Below the pieces are notes generated by a model. It saw only the letters and a program-made list of their open reading frames with translations. It was not told where the DNA came from and made no database searches. Shown piece by piece: positions 38,260-48,509 of a stretch of DNA of 64,000 bases; position 1 is the first letter of the stretch, and each line of letters starts with the position of its first letter. Location of the stretch: positions 1,118,001 to 1,182,000 of the forward strand of contig CM052818.1 of the NCBI GenBank assembly GCA_028534125.1. The letters are read 5' to 3'. The position numbers and the translations under genes are program-made. The stretch is from Lama glama. Taxonomy: Eukaryota.

Positions 38260-39310
38260 AGTAAAAGCCACCGTCCTTAGCACAACCTGCAAAGCCCCCA
38301 TCCCTCTCTGACCTTGTCTCCTGTTGCTCTTTCCCTTATTCAGTCCACTTCAGTCGTACTGGCCTTCTTACTGTCCCTCAAACATGCTGAGGAGGCTTAC
38401 TTCTGCCTCAGGGCCTTTGCACTGGCTGTTCTCACAGCCAGAACAATCTCCCACCAGGTCTCTGCATGGCTTACTCCCTCTTTCAAGTATTTCCTCCAAT
38501 GTCACCTCAATGAAGACTACCCTGACCACCTTACTACTGTCAGGCCCTAAACATCCTACCTGAGAATCTGCCAGGGGCAAGAAAACTCAAAGAGAGCAAG
38601 GGAAGGAGACACTAGGGCCAGAGGCAGGACAACAGATGGAGTTTTAGGGAGTCATTGAAAATGGGGGGATTCAGAGACTAGAGGTTCTTCCTGGAGGTGG
38701 GAGGTTGTGGCCACAGTGTCTCCCCATTCCCTCGTGCACCCTAGCTCCAGCCCTGGCCTTTCACCCCTCTCCCCCATGACAGGAGCTGTGGCCCTGGTCA
38801 TGTCATCATGTTCCTGTGTCCCCTGAATGTTCCACATCCTTCATCCCTCCTTTTGCAAGGACTCCATTAAATAATTTTTTTTAAATCCATCCTTGCTGCC
38901 AGCACATACTCCCTATTCTTACCCTGTTCAATTTTCCCATGTTTCCTGAAGCACTCATCCTTCTAACATATCGGAACATTTACTTACGTATTATTTTTAC
39001 TGCAATAAGCAATAAATTTGTCCCCACCAGTAGGTAAGCTCTACAAAAGCAGAGATTTGGAGCCTCTTTTTTTTATGTTCTGATATGTTCTTAGTGCCTA
39101 GAGCAGTGCCCAGCACCTAATAGGTGCTCAATAAATATCTGTTGAATAAATGAATTTTCTTTAATCATCACAGTAGCCTTGAAAGTAAGCATTCATATTC
39201 CCACATTACAAGTGAGGAAGTGGAGGTGCAAAAAGGTTATGTAAATTGCCTCAGATCACATGGGCAACAAGTGGGAGATCTGGAATTCCAATTCCTAGAA
39301 AAGGATTTGA
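38260..39310. mobile_element. L2 fragments (38260-38550, 38880-39155) followed by a MIR (39160-39310)
   Basis: cctcagggcctttgcactggctgtt; gtgcctagagcagtgcccagcacctaataggtgctcaataaatatctgttgaataaatgaa; cccacattacaagtgaggaagtggagg. Confidence 0.6.
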
Positions 39311-39461
39311 CGCCAGGGTCCAGCCTCTTAGCAGAGAGAAGCTGCCTGTACCCGGAAGTAGTGACTGCCGCCCTGCGCTGTGCGGCAGAACAGGGCGCAA
39401 GTTCTCTCTCCTTTAATGGAGCAGTAGAATTTGGGGGTATGGATACCTTTACCCCACATAG

Positions 39462-39532
39462 ATTTGCATATGTACACATTACCTGGGAGTAACCATGGCA
39501 ACAAAATTAATAGTGAGGAACAATGGGATTGG
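39462..39532. promoter_or_regulatory. Candidate intronic enhancer core: octamer + RFX X-box + SOX + CCAAT
   Basis: ATTTGCAT 39462-69, GTAACCATGGCAAC 39489-502, AATTAA 39505-10, AACAATGG 39519-26, ATTGG 39528-32. Confidence 0.45.
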
Positions 39533-40829
39533 CCCAAATGATAAATTAAGATTTTTTTGTTGTTGTTTTATGGAGACATCCTCTGCTTTACAGAAGGGTC
39601 CCCTTCAGGCTCTATTTAATTACCTTCTGGAGGTTGTTTTGAATAGGCTCTGTCTTTGCTGCCTTCAGAGGTTTGGAGAAGCAGCCTGGATGGAGGCAGA
39701 GGGGAAGGGAAACAAACCAGAGTGTGGACAGGGCCTGGGCAGTGACTCCTCTATCTGGGTCCCGGCCCTGGAGGTATGCCTGCTGGGCTTCTCCTGGAGC
39801 TTGTTTGGGGCCCGCCCTCTGCCCTCCCTTGGCCTCTACACTGGGATTCTAATAGGTTCAGATGGCAGCTCAGCTGAGACTTAGGCCATTTCTGAAATCA
39901 GCAAACTTCTGCATTGTTGTAGCAGCCTCTCACCCAGACTGTGTCCCACACCCTCTATGTCCTCATTCTCCAAGTTGAGAACTCAAGAAAGGTCCAAAAT
40001 CTCACATCCACACTGGTTTGTTGCTGCAGCCAGGAAGTTCCAAGGGATTGGGGATTAATGTTCAGCCAGAGGCACAGAAGGAGATGGGCTGAGCCCAGAG
40101 GAGATCAGGTCACACCGGGGAACTGTAGTTTAAAGTGGAGCTGCTTCAGTGGGGTGACAAGAAGACATGGGGGGGTCCCTGTCCTAGATTCTCCGTGTGG
40201 TTGGACTGTCCACTGCGTCTCTTTCAGCCTCCTGTCAAATGTTTTATATTCCGGGATGGTCCTTGCTTGTAACCTGTTTGCAGGGCTGGCTTGTTAAACT
40301 TCAAGCTAGCAGCCAGCTCTTGGCTTGTAGGTGGCACCTGCTGCCATTTCTGCATCGGATGTCTGACCCATGGGTCCAGCAGGTCCTAGGAAAAGCCCAG
40401 ACCCAGGGGGTCAGACCTGAGTCCTTGTCCTGCTCTCTCTGTAAGCTGGGCCTGGCATCATCAGACAGGAAGGGGCCCGGTAGAGACTTGCTTCCACCTC
40501 CTGTACAATTAATTTAAAAACAGTTAAGGTTAAGGAGTGAGGTGACTTACGCAGGAAGACCATGAGGGTTAGTGGCTGAGCCAGGCCCCACATCTGTGAC
40601 CCTGACAGTTGTTGCTGCAACCTGGAGATGGGATGAGTCCAGATATCATAAGGTCATGACTAGAAGTTTAGTTTAAAATGGAGCTGTCCCTCCCACCTCA
40701 CCCCAAACCTTCTGAGGTGGGAGCATTGCCAGATGCTGGGAGAGGAGCCTCAGCTGAATCTTTCCTCTCTCCTCTGGGGAGGCTTCCCTTCTACCATGGG
40801 AGACAGGCTCCCAAAACCCCAGATGAGTG

Positions 40830-41335
40830 ACCTTAGTGAGGGTTATGCTAACTGCTGTAATGAGAAGATCTCAAAATGCACCAGCTCAAATAAGATGGAA
40901 GTTTATCTCTCTCCCATGTAACAGGTCACGTTCCAGGTAGGCAGGTGGCTCTGCTCCATGGGATCATTCAGGAACGCAGGCTCCTTCTGTCATGTTTCTC
41001 CTCTATCTCCTTGGGTCCTCCTCTCTGTGTGGCCCAGACTGGGCTGCAGCCACATCCTTGCTCTGATTCACAGGCAGGTGACAGAAAGCATGGGGTGGAG
41101 GTGCTAGCCAGGGAAAGGCACATCTCACTTCCCCTTAGATGCCACTGACTCAGTCACATGGATAAGCCTAACCGCAAAGGAGGCTGGGAAATGTAATGTA
41201 GCAGGTCAGCCACCTGCCTCACAAAGGAGGCTGGGAAATGTAATGCAGCAGGTCAGCTACCTGCCGGCTACCTTTCTATTATTATGGAAGAAAGGCACAT
41301 AAATTTTGTGTGACAGTTAACAGTCTGTGCCATAT
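40830..41335 (-). mobile_element. MaLR LTR (MLT1J/K-like) with an internal 47-bp tandem duplication
   Basis: ggttatgctaactgctgtaa...gaagtttatctctctcccatgtaa...ctcagtcacatgg....cctaaccgcaaaggaggctgggaaatgta. Confidence 0.6.
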
Positions 41336-41654
41336 GTCAGTAAAGGGCTTGTAAGTTGTGCATCCTATTTCTACTTTTCTAGTGGTTACTCTTAAATTTT
41401 TAACCGTTATTTTTCAGTAGGTAACACATCAACAATCTACAGAATTCCAAAGGTGCCAAAAAAGTATAGAATGAAAAACAAGTTTTCCTTTCCCTGCCTC
41501 CCATTTGCCCACTTCCTCTCCCTAGAGTAACCGTGAGTTTCTTCTGTATCCTGCCAGAGATATTTGCAGGCATTTATTCTTTTTCTTTAAATCTAGATGA
41601 TATAATAATGATAACTCCAGGACACTCACTAGAGTACTGCAATAGCAAACGATG

Positions 41655-41950
41655 GGGCAGTCACAAGGACAAATATTGTATGCTTCTGCTTATATGAATA
41701 TCTAGAGTGATCAGACTCACAGAGATGGAAAATAGAATGGTGGTCGCCATGAGCTGAGGGAAGGAGGATTGGGGAGTTAGTACTTACTTGGTACAGAGTT
41801 TCGGTTGGGAGAACTGAAAAAGTTCCGGAGATGGATGGTCGTGATAGCAGTACGACAATGTGAATGTACTTAATGCCACTGAACTGCCACTTAAAAATGG
41901 TTAAATGGTAAATTTTTGTTATGTATTACATATTTTACCTCAATAAGAAA
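41655..41950 (+). mobile_element. L1MB-type 3' end
   Basis: aaaagttccggagatggatggt.gtgat...acaatgtgaatgtacttaatgccactgaactg..acttaaaaatggttaaatggtaaattt characteristic 3' terminus. Confidence 0.85.
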
Positions 41951-42129
41951 ATGAAGAGAAATAGCTTAAAAGTCCACTAACAGGGTGCAGTTTACAATAT
42001 ATCCATTCAACTTTTCTGTTAGGAAGAATGAGGCTGCTCTCTGTGCACTGATGTGAAAAGATCTCCAGAATAGACTAGGTGCCTAAAGGGACAGGACAGT
42101 GTCCACTGGTGTGCTGGCATTTAGAGATG

Positions 42130-42360
42130 GGTGCACTGGGTGGTTAAGAGTGGGAATTCTGGAACCAGATTGTTTGAGTTCAAGTCCCAGTGCTGCTGTG
42201 GGACTTTGGGCAGATCACTTAACCTCTCAGTGCCTCAGTTTTCACATCTATAAAGTGGGGGACATACTAGTCCCTGCTTCATAGGGTTGTTGAGATTCAA
42301 TAAGTTAATATGTACCAAGTCCTCAGAAGGGTGTCTGACGCATAGCACTTGTTCACTAAA
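42130..42360 (+). mobile_element. MIR SINE
   Basis: tggttaagag...ctggaaccagattg...actttgggcagatcacttaacctctcagtgcctcagttttcacatctataaa. Confidence 0.8.
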
Positions 42361-42361
42361 T

Positions 42362-42404
42362 GTGAATGAATGAATGAGGATGAATGAATGAATGAATGAA
42401 TGAA
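42362..42404. repeat. (GAAT)n microsatellite
   Basis: Directly visible. Confidence 0.85.
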
Positions 42405-43262
42405 TCTGAGTCACAAGTCATGAGCTGTAGTTCTGGCTCCACCTCCAAGACTGTGGGCATGGCTCTGAGCTTTGCTTTTCTCATCTCTCCTACGGAAACA
42501 GCTTTCTGAGCGTGAGACTCACATGGTTAATGGGACCATTGCCTCTTATCTGTGGCACTAGCCTGCCTGGGCTGCTTATGGGGGTGTCATCACCGGTAGG
42601 GAACACATCTGTGAGCTCTGGGCTCCTGGCCTTGCCTGCTGACACCCCTGCTGAACTTCTGCTTTGTTGCTGGGCCCGTGCCTGCCTGAGTCTCCCATCA
42701 CCGCTCCCTGGGTTGGGGCGGAGGAGGCAGTCCTTGACCCTGAGGGACACAGGTGTGGCCTTGGATTACAAGTGCTGCTTGGCTGGACTTGGGCAGGAGG
42801 GGAGGAATGGGTGCTGGGGAGAAGCATCTGCTGCTCAGCTGCAAAGGGAAGTCCCGGGACCTCAGATGATGTCAGCCAGTCCTCCTCCACTTCTTGTGCC
42901 TCAGACCTGGCCATCACCCTGGTCAGACCAGACATCAGTCTGTTCCAAGGCCCCTGGAGAGTAAAGGGGACACGAACCTGGAGCAAAGGAGGTCTGGGTG
43001 CCCATCTCCATCCTGCCACCAGGTCCCGGGAGCCACGGCTGAGTCACTTCATCTCTCTGAGATGAGGTGCCTTGTCTGAAAGTAGTCTGCTCACCTCATA
43101 GGCATGTTGTAAGAATAAGACAGAGATCAAGTTATTTTGAAAAATAATTAAGTCCTTTAAAAAACAAAACTGCTCATTTGAATGGCTTCCTCTCTGTATT
43201 AGGCATTTAGGGAGCATGATCTACGGGCCAAGTATTTTAGATATGCATATCTCAGTGAACCT

Positions 43263-43600
43263 CTGTATTGGTCAGGGTAAGCCAAGTGCTGTAACAAACA
43301 ATCCCTGGATTTCAGGAATTTATACAGTAAGATGTGTTTCTTACTTGTGTCGGAGTCCAGTGCAACTCAGGGACTTGGCACATGCCATTTGTTGTCCAGG
43401 GGCCAGGCTCCTTTCACCTCATGGCTTTACCATCTCCTAGGGCCTCACTCTCCTCCACTGGATCCTCTGTGCGAGGCTTTGGGGCCAAGCCTGCAAGTGG
43501 CGAACCCTACTTCTACCCACACAGTCCATTCACTATCACCTCGTCATGCGAGCCCACCTGACTCTGGGGGAGGCTGGAAAGTATAGGCTTAGCTGTGTGC
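43263..43600 (-). mobile_element. MaLR LTR (MLT1-like) fragment
   Basis: tgtattggtcagggtaagccaagtgctgtaacaaacaatccc...gggggaggctggaaagtatagg. Confidence 0.55.
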
Positions 43601-44408
43601 CCAAAGGGAAACTCCAGCTGCTGGGAGAACCATGCACAGAGTCCCTCCTTACCCTTACCGCAACCCATTTTACTGATGGGGAAACTGAGGCATTGAGGCA
43701 AAGCGACTTGCCCAGGGCCACACATCCTGTAAGTAATTGGGATGCAGGCTGCCTGGTTCTAACACATGCTCTTTACACTGTCCTTGAATGTCTTAGATCA
43801 GTGTTTCCAGCAGAATCATGAGGACATTTTTTTTTCTTTTTTAAAAAAAATTATAGGAAGAGATCTTCAGTTTTTAAAAAATAAATAGTTTCAGATTTGC
43901 TGTGCACATAGCTCTGTGGGAGATGCTGAGGGCCGGCACTCCAGGGCAGGGCCCAGCTTTGGGGAGCTGGGCTGTGACTCCACAGGGCGAGGGGACCCGG
44001 ATCCGGACCCGGGAGATTCTGCTTTACGGTGGAGAGCGTGGGGTGTCGGGAGTCTGTGCCCAGGGCCTGGGGGCACACCTGGGACAGTGCTGTGACCTGG
44101 GGGGATGCACTTCAGGAAGGCCCTTTCTGAGCAAAGAAGGATCAACCTTTTACCATTTTTTTTTTGCCACTTTGCTGTTACGCTCTCACATACCTTCCTG
44201 GGTTAACAGTGATTCTATACTTGTTTTTTCTTTCTTTAGTCCCCTCTGTCCCCCAGTTACATTTTCTTTTTAATCTGCTGCTCCTAATTTTTCTGGATCT
44301 TCAGTAACAGTTAATCAAATATGTTTGAAATGTATCTTAAGTGAGAGTAATTAGGCTATGAATTAGACTTGAGGGACTCTGCTCTGAGTAAAATCAGAAA
44401 CTTTAATA

Positions 44409-44905
44409 AAGATGGTTCTTGATTTACAACGGTTCAACTTAAAATTTGTGGACTTTACGAGAGTGTCGAGACGATATGCATTCAGTGGAAACCATGTTTT
44501 GAATTGTGACTTTTGATCTTTTCGTGGCCCAGGACACAGGGTGTGATGCTCTCTGGTGACCCTGGGCGGGGCAGTGCGCCGCGGCTCCCGGTCCGCCCCC
44601 ACGATTACGGGGGTAAACACTTAGAGCCATTCTGTATCCAACAACCATTCTATTTTTCACTTTCAGTAAAGAATCCAATGAATTAAATGAGATATTCAGT
44701 ACTTCCCTATAAAATAGCCTCTGTGTTAGATGATTTTGCCTAACTGTAGGTGAGTATAAGTGTTCTGAGCACGTTTAAGGTAGGCTAGGCCAAGCCTTGA
44801 TGTTTGGTAGGTGAGAAGTATTAAATACATTTTTGACTTAACAGTAATTTCAACTTTTGATGGGTTTATTGGGACATAACTCCATTGTAAATTGAAGAAG
44901 ATCTG
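44409..44905. mobile_element. MER47/Tigger5-like TcMar DNA transposon, both ends present
   Basis: aagatggttcttgatttac... left end, ...taagtgttctgagcacgtttaaggtaggctaggc...gatgggtttattgggacataactccattgtaaattgaagaagatctg right end. Confidence 0.8.
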
Positions 44906-45984
44906 CGTATCAATTTTATAACTCTATTATTGCTGCCCAGTAGCATCCTGCAGTGTAATTTATATCCCAGATGACAACGCTGCCCTATAAATGAAGCAGA
45001 ACTCTTCTACTGTAAAACTTTAGACATCAATTCTGACCACATCTCCCCTCTTACCTCATACGCTTCTTGCTCCATTAAAAATGCACTGGCCTGTGGTTTG
45101 CTCGCAATGTAAATTTTTACTTGCCAATTTTTCTTCATTCTAAAAAGGCTACTTTATCACATTTTAATATCTCTTAAATGCACAAGTCTTTTAAATGCTG
45201 GGTGACTTGCACTATGTCATAGTTATCTTGTAGTGTGTCTTAGGATCAGCGATGTCCTAGAGTCAAAGAAATACAGTATTTTTTTTTTTTATCATTTGAG
45301 GGAATTGATAAATTGTTCTGTTTCTCCAGCCTGTCCCCATGCTGTGCTGGAAAGAGAAAACCTCATCACTCATTTGAAAGCATACAACCTTCTTATAACA
45401 ATGACAAAAATAAGAATACTAAATCTACAAGAGTTAGCACTTGTAAAGCAACTACTGTGTGTCCGGGGCTGCTCCAGACACTTTTCATGTACCTCTTCAA
45501 CAATGTTAGAGCACAGCCATTTTACAGATGGGGAAATTGAGGCTCAGAAGATAAAAGTAGCAAATTTAGGAATCCAGAAAGTCTGTCTAGCTCTGAAAAA
45601 AGTATGCTATGCCGTCTCTAGGGATTCTGGGAGACAACTGAAGGATCTTCATTTAAATCAGGGCTCCTTACCTGGCTGTACCATAGAATGAATGAGGGAG
45701 CTTTAGGAAAATGCTGGAAGAATTCTTTAAATAATTTTACAGTGCAACCAGAGTTGAGAACCCCTGGTTTAAATGATCTGTGTGAGGTTCCCCAGCTCTG
45801 CTGTTCCGGGATCACCTGCTTCCTATCCTGATGCCACACCCCCCGGGGCAGCTGCCAGGCCTGGGGCAACCAGGACAGCCTGAGCCCCTTCAGCCCTTTG
45901 GAGCCAGATCCCATGGTTAGAAAATGTGGCTTGGAGACTGTTTGTTATTTTCTTTTCCTTTTTCTCTCTCTCCTTTCCTTCCAG

Positions 45985-46011
45985 CTCTGGAGTGCACAGA
46001 AAATCAAGCAG
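45985..46011 (+). CDS. SFXN5: SFXN5 exon 4 (27-nt micro-exon)
   Basis: Long pyrimidine tract plus CCAG. LWSAQKIKQ, CAG|GTAATT donor. Confidence 0.92.
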
Positions 46012-46568
46012 GTAATTTAATTTTAGATTCTGTTCCTTCCCTTCTGTTGTTGTCTGAGACCCTGCCACGGGGACCCGCGGCTGTTGCATGCTCAGCCTCT
46101 CCCCTCCCAGCCCCCCACCCCCCGCATTTGCCCTGGGCTGCCTCACCCCTTCTTCTTCCCCAGCACCAGGGCCTGAGTTTCTGAAGTCAACAGCTCAGGT
46201 CAGCGTGCCTTTCTCTGAGCCCCCTGAGCTCTTTCCTTGTGAGATCCTTACACAGAATCCTCAGTGAGTGCCTACTCTGTGCCCTGCATGGGGGACAGTG
46301 GGCCCACAAGGTAGACACGGTCCGCTCTGTGCTGCGTTCAGCTTTGAGCGTTAGACAGGAGAAGCTCTGTTTGTGGCCCACGTTTTGGTTTTCTCTTGTC
46401 CTGAATGGGGGGAAATGATTGACCAGCCCCAAGGCAAGGCAGGATACAGCCACCGGTCACCTGAGCCTTCCTGGGGCAGCTCTCCTCTCCCTCCTCCCCC
46501 TCCCTCCTCCCCTCGTCCCTTCTCCCTCCCTGACTGACACCCTGTGCTCTGTGCCCGCCTCTTGCCAG

Positions 46569-46623
46569 GCTATTCTACACCAGGACACCAACGAGAAGAT
46601 CTTCATACCCTTTAGAACGTCAG
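46569..46623 (+). CDS. SFXN5: SFXN5 exon 5
   Basis: CTTGCCAG acceptor. AILHQDTNEKIFIPFRTS(G), CAG|GTAAGC donor, 55 nt, ends phase 1. Confidence 0.93.
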
Positions 46624-48083
46624 GTAAGCCCTGGGGACCCTCTGCTTCTGCCCAGCCTGGGGCGCTTACTATGGTCGCAGCTCCAGGAGCGTCCAGATGC
46701 GCTGGCCTGAGGAGGGCACACGGCCACGCTCGCACCTGCGCGGTCACTTTGGCTCAACTGCACCAGACTCTGGCTGGGCCTCAGAATCACGCGTGGAACT
46801 TTCTAAATGTGCCTGCCTCTGCCTTTTCTGCCTGAGCAGTTGAGGTAGAGTCCTCCAGGGGTGAATCTGGTGCCCTGCCCCAGGTCACACCCTGCTCACT
46901 TAGGGATGACACCGCGGCCTGCTGGGGCAAGCCCTGCCTTCCGCGGGTCGCTCCTCTCTTACCTGTGCCTGTCGCGCTCCTTCCTTCCAAGCCGTGCTCC
47001 CTGTGCCCCTTTCAGGCAGTTAATCCCCAAACTAACTCCCTCATCTCTGATCTTGCTATTAACCTGCCCTTCTGAATGGAGGCACTCATTTGTACTAGCT
47101 CGCACACAGGGAGGCAGATTCCCGTTCTGCGGAGGCCAGTGCGCAGGGGGGTGATGGGCCAGTGGGTATAAGATCCCTGCCCCCAGGAAGTCCCTGCCTG
47201 CGGTCACTGGAGGCATGGCACTGGATGTCTGAGCTTAATGGCCTGGAAAGCACTGGCCCTGCACTGGCTGGTTATCCTGCCTACGGTTCTGAGAGGCTGC
47301 AGGCCTTGCCCAGAGTCACACAGCAGAGGTCAGACTCACCAGACCAGTGTGCTGTTGCCTCCTCCATGCCATTTCTCAGTGCCACGGAGTGTCCCCACCC
47401 CTGAGTTACAGAGCGGGTGGGAGGGCTGCTGGCTGCTGCCTTGGGAAGCCCTCGGGCTGTGGGAGAAAGGGTCTCTACCAGTGGGTGTTCTCAGTCCAGG
47501 AGGTTTAGTTGGGGTCCCCACCCTCAGAGAGCCTGGCCTCCGGGGGATGAGAGAATAGACACCCACGTGACATCATTGTGCAAACCGGCCAGTTAGCGCC
47601 CAGGGACCCCTTGCTTCGTCCATGAGGAACTCCAAGACAGCGGAGGCTCCGAGCATCTTGTGGCCGTGGCCCTAGGTGCTCCCCAGCGCCTGCATGGGGC
47701 CAAAGCGGGCTCTCCCCGCAAGGCTGGCTTAGCCTGCAGTTCTCCAGGCAAACTTTGGACCTCTCCCCAGAGGGGTGCGGATCAGAGAGTGATGGCTCGT
47801 GTGTACAAGTATTCACACTCAGGACGCCAACCTTTGCTTTAGATGTAACTCATACAAGCTTGGTTCTCTGTTCAGTCACCAGCTGACTGCCATAGAGTAG
47901 AGGCTGGGGCAGGAGGCGGCCCACTTACAGCAGTGAGGGCGGCGGAGGGAGCCTTGCCGTAGTCTGGGGGCCATGAGCAGTGGGGAGACGGCGCCCGGAG
48001 CGTTCTGGTATCTCAGTTGAGGGGTAGTGGGGCAGAGTCAGGTGGGATTATAAAACCTGGCTCTCTTCTCTGCCCTCTCACAG

Positions 48084-48109
48084 GTTACATTCCTTTTGGG
48101 GTGCCAATT
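48084..48109 (+). CDS. SFXN5: SFXN5 exon 6 (26-nt micro-exon)
   Basis: CTCTCACAG acceptor. (G)YIPFGVPI, ATT|GTAAGT donor, phase compatible with exon 5. Confidence 0.9.
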
Positions 48110-48509
48110 GTAAGTATAACCTTCAAAGGATTTTCTTTTCTTAGCTTTTTTTTTTAATGTATAACTTTGCATCACTTTTTATAAATATTTAACTGAGTTG
48201 TTGATTCAGGATAAATTCCTGGTAGGGGGGGAATTATTGGAGAAAATATCATATATTTCTTTATCTCTCTTGATGTGTATTGTCAAACTTGTTTCCTTAG
48301 AAGGTGTGCCAATGTACACCCAAGAGAGCCGGAAAGAGCCTTCCTTCCTGCACATTTTCCGTTCTGAGTATTGTCATTAATTAGGACATGCTGGTTTGGT
48401 TACAGGAAGTTTTCTCAGAAAGCTTGGAAAGTCAGAAAATAAGGGTGCCTTCCGAAAACTAAATAATTCTATTTCTGTTCAGTTTTAAAATCAGGATTAT
48501 GTTTGCTCT

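Larger units (their letters stand above)
4026..48109 (+). pseudogene. SFXN5: SFXN5 locus as candidate unitary pseudogene (exons 1-6 in window)
   Basis: Frameshift in exon 2 plus substitutions in family-conserved motifs (HPDT>HQDT, RMS>RTS). Splice sites are intact, and an assembly error is not excluded. Confidence 0.5.

Noticed and set aside
45985..48109. 27-nt and 26-nt micro-exons as a novelty
   Set aside because: They match the ordinary SFXN5 peptide and exon phases; not unusual for this gene.
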